Below the pieces are notes generated by a model, which did not search any database, was not told the DNA's origin, and saw only the letters and a program-made list of their open reading frames with translations. The position numbers and the translations under genes are program-made. A stretch of DNA of 64,000 nt from Mobula hypostoma (lineage: Eukaryota), in the NCBI RefSeq assembly GCF_963921235.1, contig NC_086097.1, forward strand, positions 34,412,001 through 34,476,000, written 5' to 3'. Below, piece after piece: positions 25,146 through 37,855 of the stretch (positions are counted from its first letter, which is position 1; every line of letters starts with the position of its first letter).

Positions 25146-25764
25146 GTGTGGGAGAATGCTGGTGAATAGGGCTCCATGAATGATTCATCAACAAACCATG
25201 AAGAATTGAGAAAGAATCCAGCTTCTTTACCTTTTCATGGTGATTAAAATGGTCCCACAAACACTGATCAGAGACTGCACATCAATGATTTTTTTAAGAT
25301 AATGGGCTGGAATATTTGATATCTGAATTTGTTTTTAATTGTTCATTTACTTCACACAGATACCACTGGCAAATCCAAGCATGAGCAAATGTGGAAGTCT
25401 GAGAGGAGCTGGAGAGGACTGGACTCCCACTCTACTACTGGCCAGAGTGTTGGCGAGTACAGCAGAGAGGCCAGGGGTACTCCACGTCAGCTTTACACCC
25501 CGGAATGCTGATGGACAAATTGTGGAACTGATAACCTTGCAGCCAATTTCAATAGTTCTTTGAATTACGTCACTGTATTTTAATCATTAACACTTTAGCT
25601 CAAAAACCATCAGGGTTGGTGGCTCAGGAACTTCCTGCTCCCAGTATCGAACCTGTTCCACCTTCCCAAACTCCTCTCAGTGCCCACTGATCCCACTCTT
25701 CACACCCAACAAGCAGGAGGAAACTAGGGAGCTGAGGTTTGGACCCACTACCTTGCTAATCAGA

Positions 25765-26300
25765 TCAGAATCAGGTTTAATATCGCCGGCATATGTTGTG
25801 AAATTTGTTAACTTTGCGGCAGCTCAGTACAAGCAATGCATGACAACGATACGTGAATTAGGTGTAGGTGCGCATGTAGGTGTACATATATATGTACATT
25901 AAATAGTTAAATTAAGATAAGCAGTGCAGAAACAGAAATAAATAGAAAAGTAGTGATGTCGTGTTCGTGGGTTCAGTATCCATTTAGGAATCGGATGGCA
26001 GAGGGGAAGAAGCTGTTCATGAATCGCTGAGTGTGTGCCTTCAGGCTTCTGTACCTCCTTTCCTGACAGTAACAGTGAGAAAAAGGCACATCTTGGAGTC
26101 CTTAATGATGGAAGCTGCTTTTCTCAGGCACCGATCCTTGAAGGTGTCTTGGATATTACAGAGGCTAGTACTCATGATGGAGCTGACTAATTTTACAGCT
26201 TTCTGCAGCTTATTTCGATCCTGTGCAGTAGCCCCTCCACCCCCCACATACCAGATGGTGATGCAGCCAGTCAGAATGTTCTCCACGGTGCATCTGTTGA
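25765..26300 (-). mobile_element. Rex1/Babar-type LINE 3' end
   Basis: ENILTGCITIWY..AQDRNKLQKAVK..RKAASIIKD; tail (ATCAGA)n on the plus strand. Confidence 0.85.
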
Positions 26301-26779
26301 AGGTGAATAGAACCTATTGTAAGATATGCAGTAATGGAATACAGTCCCACTGTTTGAATAAATAAAATGCCCTTGTGATAAACAAAGTAAACAGCACTTG
26401 CAACTTTGTGGAGTAGACCTTGATTATTTCTATATTTTAAAGAGAGTTGCAAGTTAGAATAGCAGCGGGGTCATAGCCTGTGTCCGAAGGGTGTCTGAGA
26501 ATTATCCAAAAGTATGTAATTCGCAGACAATATTAAAGTGAATATCACTGTGTGGTAGGATACATCATCGATTGGAGAGAGACACTTCATTAGTTTTCCT
26601 TGAGTGAAACAGTTACTGTGCTTTGCCTGATGTGATGCGGTCAAGAAATCAGCTCACATCAGACTGGAAAATTACGTGTTTCAGAGAACATTAGCTTGGA
26701 GCCAGGAGGTGCACGAGTCCTCCGCAGTCTCCACAGCAGAGCTGCCAGGTTGGCTATACGCCAGCTTTCATATTCGCTA

Positions 26780-27200
26780 CTAACGAGATCCTAAAATAAA
26801 GGAGCAGGAAGAGGTCACTGAGCTCCTCAGACATATTCTGCCGTTCAATAATTTCATGACTGATCTGTCCTTTGTCATTGATGCTCCCCTTCCTGTCTGA
26901 CTTCAACAGTCCTTGTATTCTATCTGTCTCAGCCTTGAAAACGTTCAATAGCAAAGCTTCCCATCTGTCTGGGGTAGAGTATTCCAAAGATTCATGACTC
27001 TTCTGAGGTAAGAAATTCATCCCAATGATCACCCCTTATCCAGAGACTAGTTTTAGGTTGCCACTCCCCAAGCAGGAGAAGGTTTCTCTCAGCTTCTACC
27101 TTTTCCAGCTTGTCCACGTGTTTCAATGAGTCCACTCTCCTAAATTCCAGTGTACGTCAGATCTGCTCCAACCTCTCTTAAGGTACAAGCACACTATATC
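26780..27200 (-). mobile_element. Old CR1 3' fragment
   Basis: LNVFKAETDR motif; degenerate CR1 tail. Confidence 0.6.
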
Positions 27201-27689
27201 AAGTCTGTGCTTGGACAAGTTCCTACTGCAGTCAGGAGTGTATTCCAAAATTAATAAAGGGGTTGGGGATCATTCAGTCAGATAATATCACACTGCTTAA
27301 TGTCGAGTTTATAAGAGAGTAGGAAATCAAATTAAATATGGAGAAAATATCCATACAAACCAAATAAAAATTAAAATTATGTTTTTCTTTTTTCACAAAG
27401 ACACTTGGAAATTGGCAATGTGCATTATAAAGTATGACAATGTAATTATTGTGGAAATGATACAGTAAGCCAAAGCTGCATCTATGATTCGAGGAGTCAT
27501 AAGCATGGTTGACATAACACCATCAATCATCTGCCTAAGCAATTATAAACTAAGATTACATTTTTATTGTCGTAATGTTTATATTCACAAATATAAATGG
27601 ACTGCCAAATGTTAACTGTATGCTCTGTAAGGGGTTTCCAAAAGTTCCTCATGGGTGTTATTTAATTTTGTTGAAGGCTCCATCTTACC

Positions 27690-28012
27690 AGTAGGACTGT
27701 GGTGCCACCAGCAATTAAATAATGTAGCTATAATCCAGAGGCCCAAATTCAGATCACTTAACAATCTTGGAATTTAAACAAAAACTGTAATAGCTATGGC
27801 CACATAACCATTGGACTGTTGTAACAACACATCTGGTTTACTAATGCCGTTCGGAGGAAGAAATCAATCATCCTTATCCTGTCTGGTCTATATGTGACTC
27901 AATTCACACAGAGCCATTGTGATTGAGCCTTCAAAAGTAATCCATCCTGTCCAGGACAAATTAGCAACGGGTAATAAATGCTGCTCTTACCGGTGATTTC
28001 CTGATCCTGAAG
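27690..28012 (+). mobile_element. Old degraded SINE with a LINE-derived tail
   Basis: CTGGTTTACTAATGCC..CTGGTCTATATGTGACTC..GGGTAATAAATGCTG pattern, recalled from elasmobranch SINEs. Confidence 0.45.
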
Positions 28013-28904
28013 AAGTGTACATTGTTTTAAAAAAGTACTGTTTCCCATTTTCCTTCGAATCTGATTTTCAAAACCAAAAGAAATTTTAGTCTCTTTGGTC
28101 TGCAAAGTCCTTGACTCCTCTTCCACCTCCATCATTTTCCAAAATCTCCAACCACGTTTGCATCCCTGGGATAATTCTTATTAAAGTCAGAACTAGGATC
28201 ACATCCGAATTTTAACTTGGTAAACCATCTCTGCTGTATTTTGTGTCCTATCAGTTGCCCTTGGATCACGTCACCTTCTGCTTTGCACCCACCACTACCT
28301 GTACTTCTTAGCCCTGACTTAGAATGCTTCTCATCCGGTCAATATCTGTCACTGCGAATATGAATTTTTTTTTCTGTCGTATCATCTCTACTTCTAGTTC
28401 TGGCTTTGCTCAGTAAAGTTTTGTTAACAACGGTCATGTTAGCCTAACATTTTGCAATGAGACACGATAATATTTTATTCCAGTGAATGGATACAGAATC
28501 ATTAATTGGCTTTAATAATGTGGTTATTAATTTTGCATTATACTGTAACCTTTCTTAGAAAGGAATTCCCCAGCTGAACGCAGGTAACGAATCCTTCAGT
28601 ATTCCATGCACAAAGTAATTGAATACTGCACATGCTAGAAAAAAAATCAGCATGTTAAAAGTGATTAAAAATGCACATCATTAAAATATTTTTAAGTTAT
28701 TATGTCTCAATAATAGAGTTTGTATTTTCTCTGTTTGACCGCATCAATTTCCCGTGCGTGCTCATCTTTCCTCTCATATTTCAAAGATGTATGGGACAGT
28801 CCGTTAATTGGCCACATGGGTGTGAATGTGAGGCACAGGCTTGTGGGACCAAAAGGACCCATTATTGAATCATAATCATCATAATAATGGTGACTCCTTG
28901 CCAC

Positions 28905-29190
28905 AGTGTCACAGTAGCATTATAGTTAAAATGATGCTTTTACAGCTCGGGGTGTCAGAATTCAATTCTGATGTCATCTGTAACGAGTCTGTACGTCCTC
29001 CCCGTTGAATGCATGGCTTTTCTCGGGGTACTCCCATTTCCTCCCACAGTCCAGAGATTTACTGGTTAGCAGATTAATTGGCCATTGTAAATTGTCCCAC
29101 GATTAGGCTAGGGGTTGCTGGGTGGGGCGGCTCAAAGGGCCAGAACAGCCTAGTCCATGCTGCATCTCAATAAAAGTAAATAAAATTAAA
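28905..29190 (+). mobile_element. V-domain SINE
   Basis: TTTCCTCCCACAGTCCAGAG..TTAATTGGCCATTGTAAATTGTCCC; A-rich tail. Confidence 0.8.
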
Positions 29191-29197
29191 ACACAAT

Positions 29198-29357
29198 CAT
29201 AACACCAGTACAACATAACAGTTACCATAACATCAATACAACGTAGCTGTCACCATAACACCAGTACAACGTAGCAGTTACCATATCACCAGTACAACGT
29301 AGCGGTCACCATAACACCAGTATAGCATAACATTTACCATAACACCAGTACAACATA
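29198..29357 (+). repeat. 28-bp minisatellite, left part (~5.7 units)
   Basis: Unit CATAACACCAGTACAACGTAGCAGTTAC starting at 29198, 29226, 29254, 29282, 29310, 29338. Confidence 0.95.
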
Positions 29358-29548
29358 CGAGGAGTGATTGATAGGTTCGTGGCCTAAGGTAGAAGGAGAT
29401 GAGTTATACAGCTCTCATTACATGCACATGCAGGTCAACTGTTTGAGTGATTATGCAGAAAGTTTGAAGTTAATATCTTCTTCTACCTTAGGCCACGAAC
29501 TTATCAACCACCCCTGATGAGTTATTAACTTCAAACTTTCTGCATAAT
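29356..29548. mobile_element. Mariner-derived MITE (partial)
   Basis: TACGAGGAGTGATTGATAGGTTCGTGGCCTAAGGTAGAAG with an inverted copy at about 29480-29516; same family as 59415-59757. Confidence 0.85.
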
Positions 29549-31814
29549 ACTAGATCTAGTATTAGGTAACGAGCCGGGTCAGGTCACAGATCTTTCAGTG
29601 GGTGAGCATCTGGGAGACAGTGACCACAACTCCCTGGCCTTTAGCATTATCATGGAAAAGGATAGAATCAGAGAGGACAGGAAAATTTTTAATTGGGGAA
29701 GGGCAAATTATGAGGCTATAAGGCTAGAACTTGCGGGTGTGAATTGGGATGAAGTTTTTGCAGGGAAATGTACAATAGACATGTGGTCAATGTCTAGAGA
29801 TCTCTTGCGGGATGTTAGGGATAAATTTGTCCCGGTGAGGAAGATAAAGAATGGTAAGGTGAAGGAACCATGGGCGACAAGTGAGATGGAAAATCTAGTC
29901 AGGTGGAAGAAGGCAGCATACATGAGGTTTAGAAAGCAAGGATCAGATGGGTCTATTGAGGAATATAGGGTAGCAAGAAAGGAGCTTAAGAAGGGGCTGA
30001 GAAGAGCAAGAAGGGGGCATGAGAAGGCCTTGGCAAGTGGGGTAAAGGAAAACCCCAAGGCATTCTTCAATTATGTGAAGAAAAAAAGGATGACAGGAGT
30101 GAAGGTAGAACCGATTAGAGATAAAGGTGGGAAGATGTGCCTGGAGGCTGTGGAACTGAGCGAGGTCCTCAATGAATACTTCTCTTCGGTATTCACCAAT
30201 GAGAGGGAACTTGAGGACAATAAGAGTGAGGTTGATGTTCTGGAGCATGTTGATGTTAAGGGAGAGGAGGTGTTGGAGTTGTTAAAATACATCAGGACGG
30301 TTAAGTCCCCGGGGCCTAATGGAATATTCCCCAGGCTGCTCCATGAGGCAAGGGAAGAGATTGCTGAGTCTTTGGCTAGGATCTTTATGTCCTCATTGTC
30401 CACAGGAATGGTACCGGAGGACTGGAGGGAGGCGAATGTTGTCCCCTTGTTCAAAAAAAGTAGTAAGGATAGTCCAGGTAATTATAGACCAGTGAGCCTT
30501 ACGTCTGTGTTGCAAAAGCTGTTGGAAAAGATTCTTAGAGATAGGATCTACGGGCATTTAGAGAATCATGGTCTGATCAGGGATAGTCAGTATGGCTTTG
30601 AGAAGGGCAGATCGTGTCTAACAAGCCTGATAGAGTTCTTTGAGGAGGTAACCAGGCATATAGATGAGGGTAGTGCAGTGGATGTGATGTACATGGATTT
30701 TAGTAAGGCATTTGACAAGGTTCCACACAGTACGCTTATTTAGAAAGTCAGAAAGCATGGGATCCAGGGAAGTTTGGCCAGGTGATTTCAGAATTGGCTT
30801 GCCTGCAGAAAGCAGAGGGTCATGGCGGAGGGAGTACATTCAGATTGGAGGATTGTGACCAGTGGTGTCCCACAGGATCTGTTCTGGGACCTCTACTTTT
30901 GTGATTTTTATTAACGACCTGGATGTGGCAGTAGAAGGCTGGGTTGGCAAGTTTCCAGACAACACAAAGGTTGGTGGTGTTGTGGATAGTGTAGAGGATT
31001 GTCGAAGATTGCAGAGAGACATTGATAGGATGCAGAGGTGGGCTGAGAAGTGGCAGATGGAGTTCAACCCGGAGAAGTGTGAGGTGGTACACTTTGGAAG
31101 GACAAGCTCCAAGGCAGAGTACAAAGTAAATGGCAGGATACTTGGTAATGTGGAGGAGCAGAGGGATCTGCCTCACAGGTAGATAGGGTAGTTAAGAAAG
31201 CTTATGGGGTGTTGGCTTTCATAAGTCAAGGGATAGAGTTTAAGAGTTGCGATGTAATGATGCAGCTCTATAAAACTCTAGTTAGGCCACACTTGGAGTA
31301 CTGTGTCCAATTCTGGTCGCCTCACTATAGGAAGGAATGGGAAGCATTGGAAAGGGTACAGAGGAGATTTACCAGGATGCTGCCTGGTTTAGAGAGTATG
31401 CATTATGATCAGAGATTAAGGGAGCTAGGGCTTTACTGTTTGGAGAGGAGGATGATGAGAGGAGACATAATAGAGGTGTACAAGATAATAAGAGGAATAG
31501 ATAGAGTGGATAGCCAGCGCCTCTTCCCCAGGGCACCACTGCTCAATACAAGAGGACATGGCTTTAAGGTAAGGGGTGGGAAGTTCAAGGGGGATATTAG
31601 AGAAAGGTTTTTTACTCAGAGAGTGGTTGGTGCGTGGAATGCACTGCCTGAGTCAGTGGTGGAGGCAGATACACTAGTGAAATTTAAGAGACTGCTAGAC
31701 AGGTATATGGAGGAATTTAAGGTGGGGGGGGGTTTACATGGGAGGCAGGGTTTGAGGGTCGGCACAACATTGTTGGCCGAAGGGCCTGTACTGTGCTGTA
31801 CTGTTCTATGTTCT
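29549..31814 (+). mobile_element. 5'-truncated CR1 LINE, 2.27 kb, ORF2 pseudogene (EN C-terminus, RT, 3' UTR)
   Basis: 381-aa frame with GDSDHNS, PEDWREANVVPLFKK, NYRPVSLTS, MDFSKAFDKVPH; stop at 30743; frameshifts; catalytic FADDTK mutated to FPDNTK; TTCTATG tail. Confidence 0.95.
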
Positions 31815-32004
31815 ACGTTTACCATAACCAGTACAGTATTGCAATTACCATAACACCAGTACCGCGTAGCAGTTACCACAACACCAGTACTGTACAGCGT
31901 AACGTTTACCATAACACCAGTACAACGTAGCTGTTACCATACCAGTACAACGTAACAGTCACCGTGACACAGTACAACGTAGCGGTTACCATAATACCAG
32001 TACA
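31815..32004 (+). repeat. 28-bp minisatellite, right part (~7 units)
   Basis: Same unit as 29198-29357. Confidence 0.95.
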
Positions 32005-32215
32005 ATGACACTGACCTGGGTTCAATTCCAGTTGCTGAGTGAAAGGAGTTTGTATGCTCTCTCTTTGATGGCATCAGTTTCCCCGACTGCTCTTCTTTCC
32101 TCCCATACTTCCAACATGTCTGGGGCAGTTGATTACGGTAATTGGCCACATGGGTGCAACTGGGTGGCACGGGCTCACTGGGCTGGAAGGGTCTGTATCT
32201 TGAAACTTCAAAATA
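32005..32215 (+). mobile_element. V-domain SINE body following the minisatellite
   Basis: GACCTGGGTTCAATTCC B-box, then AAGGAGTTTGTATGCTCTC V-domain. Confidence 0.75.
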
Positions 32216-33018
32216 TATATTTTTTTAAATTTTCTTTTAATTATATACTTACTGCAGCACATCCTGGAGACACACTTTAATGAGCCTGCTGTTTTTGTTT
32301 TTAACAAAGATTAAATGCATTTTTAAAAGACCCACAAGGACAAAAGGATATGATATCCTTTCTCCATTATAAACAATCTCTATATTCAATCAGTCAAACA
32401 ATGTGTGGAATGGCTTTGCAGATAACATGCTAATTATAGACATTCATATGGAATGGAAAGTACAAAACTTTGAAAATATCTTAAACCATATTAATATTAA
32501 AATTTAAAATGTCAATATGCATGAGAAAAGATTAAATCTATGGATGTTAGTCTTCAGAAAAATTGAATATTCTTCTGTCTAAAAATTCTGTGGTTGTTAC
32601 AGATGATCTCATCACCAAGGAGCAGTCCAACATCCTTCTGGTATCTTGATAGATAAACTATGCATTTCCCTCTTATTGTAGATTGAGAAGCTTTCATGGG
32701 GCAAGAGCTACTATCCTGATCACAATGATATCCATTTTCACTCTTCTTGAAGGCATATTGGCTGTACATTCAAGGAATATAATCTTCCCAGTCTAATTGA
32801 GGTTGGCAACAATATCACCCTTTAGGTGCAAAAAAAAAGTACTTGACAGATTGTTTTAAGTCCACTCTAGTGGCTGCCTGGAGTGTAGAACTCTCTGTGG
32901 AAATAAGTGATTGAAATAAATCACAGGCTTTGAACCTTATGTGTAAAATAGGTTTTTAAGCCCACCATCGTGCTGCTAACCTTTAGGTTTTAAAATTGCA
33001 AGGGATAAAAACTAAATA

Positions 33019-34520
33019 CAGTGCCTATAAAAAGTATTCACCCCTTCGGAAGTTTTCATGTTTTATTGTTTTACAACAGTGAATCACAGTGGATTAAATT
33101 TGGCTTTTTTTTTGACACTGATCAACAGAAAAGACCCTCTTGTGTCACAATGAAAACAAATTTCTACAAATTAATAAACACAAAATAATTGATTGCATAA
33201 TTACTCACCCCCTTCTAGTCAGTATTTCGTAGATGCACCTTTGACAGTAATTACAGCCTTGAGTCTGTGTGGATAGGGCTCATCTAGTCAGTGCAATTTT
33301 CCCTATTCTTCTTTACAAAACTGCTCAAGCTCTGTCAAATTGCATGGGGATCCTGAGTGAACAGCCCCTTTCAAGTCCAGCCACAGATTCTCAATAGGAT
33401 TGAAGTCTGGGCACTGACTTGGCAACTCCAGGACATTAACTTTGTTGTTTTTAAGCCATTCATGTGTAGTTTTGGTTTTATGCTTGGGGTAATTGTCTTG
33501 CTGGAAAATAAACCTTCTCCTGTCAGAGTTCTGTTGCAGACAGTATCAGGTTTTCTTCCAGGATTTACCTGTATTTTGCTGCATTCATTTTACCCTCTAC
33601 CTTCACAAGCCTTCCAGGGCCTGCTGTAGTGAAGCATCCCCACAGCATGATGCAGCCACCACCATGCTTCACAGTAGGGATGGTGTGTTTCTGATAACGT
33701 GCAAGCTCAATTTAGATTTCATCAGACCATAGAACCTTCTTCCAGCTGACTTCAGAGTCTCCCACAGGCTTCTGGAAAACTCTAGCCAAGGTTTCACATG
33801 AGAATTTTTCATCAGTGGCTTTCTCTTTGCCACTCTCCCATAAAGCTGTGAAGCACCTGGGCAACAGTTGTTGTATGCGCAGTCGCTCCCATCTGAACCA
33901 CTGAAGCTTGTAACTCCTCTAGAGTTGTCATAAGTCTCTTGGTTGCCTCCCTCACTAGTCCCCTTCTTGCATGGTCAGTCAGTTTTTGAGGATGAGGACA
34001 GTCTGCTCTAGGAAAATTTACAGCTGTGCTATATTCTTTCCATTTCTTGATGATTGACTTAACTATACTCCAAGGGATACTCAATGACTTGGAACTTTTC
34101 TTGTATCCATCTCCTGACTTGTGCTTTTCAATAACCATTTTGCATTGTTGCTTGGAGTGTTCTTTTGCCTTCATGGTGTAGTTTTTGCTAGGATACTGAC
34201 TCACCAGCAGTGGGACCTTTTAGACACAGGTGATCTCCATTTAACTAATTATGTGACTTCTAAAACCAGTTGACTGCACCAGTGATGATTTGGTGGGTCA
34301 TATTAAAGGGGGTGAATACTTATGCAATCAATTATTTTGTGATTTATATCTGTAATTAATTCAGATCACTTTGTAGAGATCAGTTTTCACTTTGACACAA
34401 AAGAGTCTTTTTCTGTTGATCAGTGTCAAGAAAAGCCAAATTAAAGCCACAGTGATTCAATGGTGTAAAACAATAAAACATAAAAACTTCCAAGGAGGGT
34501 TAATATTTTTATAGGTGCTG
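33019..34520 (-). mobile_element. Full-length-structure Tc1 transposon (IR/DR type), transposase pseudogene 34174-33219
   Basis: TA TSDs at 33017-18 and 34521-22; ~200-bp inverted repeats; MKAKEHSKQ..HKSGDGYKK N-terminus, GASTKY* C-terminus; internal deletions and frameshifts. Confidence 0.92.
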
Positions 34521-34534
34521 TATCTCGATAAAGA

Positions 34535-34840
34535 CAAAGCTTTATTTATCACATGTACAGTACATCGATACACACGATGAAATGCATCATTTGCGTCATC
34601 GTTTAAAACGCATTGGGGGCAGCCTGCAAGAGGCACCATGCTCCCAGTGCTAACGCAGCATGCCCACAACTCGCTAACCCTAATTGTATGTCTTTGGATG
34701 GTGGGAGGAAGCCAGTGCTCCCGCGATCAAGGAGTGAGAGTACATTCTCCTTACAGCCAGTGGCAGGAATGAAACCTCGATCAGTGATTGCCGCTGCTGT
34801 GAACCAATAGCTCCAACTACTGCATTACCACGTCACCCGC
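34535..34840 (-). mobile_element. V-domain SINE
   Basis: Reverse complement of the family at 19085 and 21175. Confidence 0.75.
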
Positions 34841-35459
34841 TGATATTATGACATTGTATTGACTGGAATAAAATCAAAAAATGCTTGGACAAACCCCTCA
34901 GAAACACATACCAACATTGAGCTGGACTTATTTAGTTGCCCTGAAAGAACATTGTGAATCAGGTGGCATGGCTTGATGCCAACAATCACTAATGAAGGAC
35001 TACCATGCTAATGCAAGTTACATTGCAATGTACTAAATTATTGTTATTAATTAATTCAGGGTCCTTGGTTGCTTAAAGCACACCATGATAAATTAACATT
35101 AAAATTGTGCGACTGATTACATGTAAACAATATGGAATCGTTTCAGACAAAGTATGCAAAGATTCAATCCATTACTAAGTCCGCTCACTGTAGATAGCCA
35201 GGTAGTCCGATGTGGTGAAATTTCACAATCAATAACTTATGATATGTTGGTTGAGCACTCTTTCTTAATTGTGGGGACACCAGTAGATGACCATCATTAG
35301 AATTTATAGGATCATAAGAAATAGAAGCAGTGATGGGCCATTTGGCCTCCTGTAACCTGCTCTAGCATGCAGTGATGTCAAAGCTGATATTTCCCTCAGA
35401 GTCACTTTCCTGCACTACTCCTACTTGCCTTGGGTCTCTTCGTACCTAAAGCTCCAGAA

Positions 35460-36290
35460 CTGGTATTGATATTTGTTTATTTTCACCACATGTACCATAA
35501 TAGAGGGAAAAGCTTGTCTTGCATACTGGTCTTACAGATCAAATCATTACACAGTGCATTGAGTTCAAACAAAACAGAGCAGAATAAAGTGTAAAGGCTC
35601 CAGAGAAAGTGAAATGCAGGTAAACATAAAGTGCCACTTCCGAATGAGCTAGATGTGAGGTCAAAAGCCTATCACAAGAAGTCTGATCAAGAGTCAGAAA
35701 ACAGTGGGATAGAAGCTGTCCTTAAGCCTGGTGGTTCGTGATTTCAAGCTTTTGTGTCTTCTGCCCAATAAGACAGAATTGACAGGGTGGGTAGTTTGAT
35801 TATGCTGGCTGATTTACTGAGGCAGTGAGAAATGTAGACAGAGTCCATGGAGGGAAGGTTGGCTTCTGTGATATGCTGAGCTGTGTCCACAACTCTCTGC
35901 AGTTTCTTATGGTCATCGGCAAAGTAGTTACTACACTTGTCATTATGGAATCATATATGATGCTTTTTCTGGAGCATCGATAAAAGATCAGTGAGCCAAC
36001 ATGGATATATCAAATTTCCTTAGTCTCCTGAGGAAATGTTCATGACAGTATCATCTACTTATACGGATCAATACAGGCTATTGGTGATGCTCACTCCTAG
36101 GAAATTGAAGCTCTCAATCCTCTCAACGTCAACGCCATTGATGTAGACAGAAGCATGTGCACCAGCAATCCCCTTCTGAAGTCAGTGACCAGGTGTTTGG
36201 TTCCACTAGCATTGAGGGAAAGGTTGTCGTCACAGCACAATGTCACTAAGCTCTCTATCTCCTTCCTGTACTTCAACTCACATGAAGCCG
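35460..36290 (-). mobile_element. Rex1/Babar-type LINE fragment
   Basis: YRKEIESLVTLCCDDNLSLNASGTKHLVTDFRR. Confidence 0.75.
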
Positions 36291-36879
36291 ATAGCTTCCA
36301 TTGAATTGACTCTTGTGTACAAAGATATCCTGATCTCAACTCTTCATTCCTCTCCATTGATGCTGCCTGGCCTGCTGAGTTCTTCCAGTATCTTGTATGT
36401 GTTGCTCTGGATTTCCAGCATCCGCAAATTAATAAATATTTAATTTATTTATTAAATAAGTTGTGTTTAATTTCACTTCTAGTCTCTAAGTTCTTAAGTG
36501 ATAGCTGTGATGGAGCACCCAAATGGTGTTCAGATTTGAATGATTGTTTCATTACAATAGAAAAATTCTGTCCTTGACACCACCACAGTAGGTATTTTTG
36601 ATCAGGGATCGCCTATTGCTTGTGATAGCTTATGATGTCCTGGTGGGGTAAAGCAGATACAGGTGAAAACTAGTGAAATTTCCAGATTCCAAGCAACGTT
36701 CCGGGTGTTTTTGGCTTCATTTGTGCACAAGTGTGCTGACACATTGTGCAAGTGCATGAAAAAACACGGTGGTATGCCTCGTGAAGGATATACCATGATG
36801 TCACAAAGCATATCACAATTTCTGCAACTTAATCTGATGCATCTCCTGCCAATGTCAAATCAGATATGGCATTGTAATG

Positions 36880-37470
36880 AACAAGCAGAGCTTTAGGCTC
36901 CTGTCTCTCCTCCCTCATGGTAGTAATGAGAAGAGAGCATGTCCTGGGTATTGGGTTACTTAAGTGATGGATGCTGCCTTCTTGACGCATCACCTTTAGG
37001 AGGTGTCCTTGATGGTGGGAAGGTGAGTGCCCGTGATGGAGGTGACTGAGTTTACAACCCTCTGCAGTTTTTTTCAGTCCTATGCCCTGGCCCCTCCATA
37101 GCAACTGATGATTCAACCAATCACAATGCTTTCCACAGTACATCTATAGAAATTTATGACTCTTTGGTGACATGTTAAATCTTCTCAAACTCCTAATGAA
37201 ATATAGCTCATGGCATGCTTTCTTCTTAATTGCATCAACATGTTGGGCCCAGGATAGATCTTCTGAGATGTTGTTACCCAGGAACTTGAAAGTGCTCACC
37301 TTATCCATTGCTTTCCATAAGGATTGGCGTGTGTTCTCCTGACTTCCCCTTTCCGGTCAATTCTTGGTCTTATTGATGTTGAGTGTATGTTTGTTGTTGT
37401 GACACCACTCAACCAGCCAACCTTTCTCTCCCCGTATGCTTCCTTATCACAGTCTGAGAATCCGCCACAG
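36880..37470 (-). mobile_element. Rex1/Babar-type LINE fragment
   Basis: DKEAYGERKVGWL.. region and NFYRCTVES homology. Confidence 0.7.
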
Positions 37471-37855
37471 TCTGAGATAGGTACATGGATGGGAGGGGTG
37501 GTGCTGGTGCTGGTGTGGGTCAATGGGATTAATAGTTCAACATGGATAAGTTGGGCCAAATGGCTTGTTTCTGCGCTGTAGTGTTCTATGACTCTATAAC
37601 AGCTTTCTCAAAAATTTGTAACATCTTCAGAAGGCACTGAGATATAGCGCAAAGATATCCAAAGATGTAGAGATCTATTTAAAGCAGTGCCTCCACTCAG
37701 TATGTTGAATCTCAAAGCCCTTGGAGCAAACACTTGTGAAGCTGTTCCTTTGTTTGAGATACAGCCACACTACATGAGTTTTCCATCTGAGAGAGTCTCA
37801 ATGCAAACACAAAAGGAGAAAACAGCATGTCCTATGATTAAAGATATATCGTCCA

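Noticed and set aside
29598..30743. 381-aa ORF as an active reverse transcriptase or a host gene
   Set aside because: 5'-truncated CR1 ORF2 with a premature stop, frameshifts and a mutated catalytic motif (FPDNTK)
29198..32004. 28-bp repeats as a CRISPR-like array next to an RT
   Set aside because: Units are head-to-tail with no unique spacers, there are no cas genes, and the context is vertebrate
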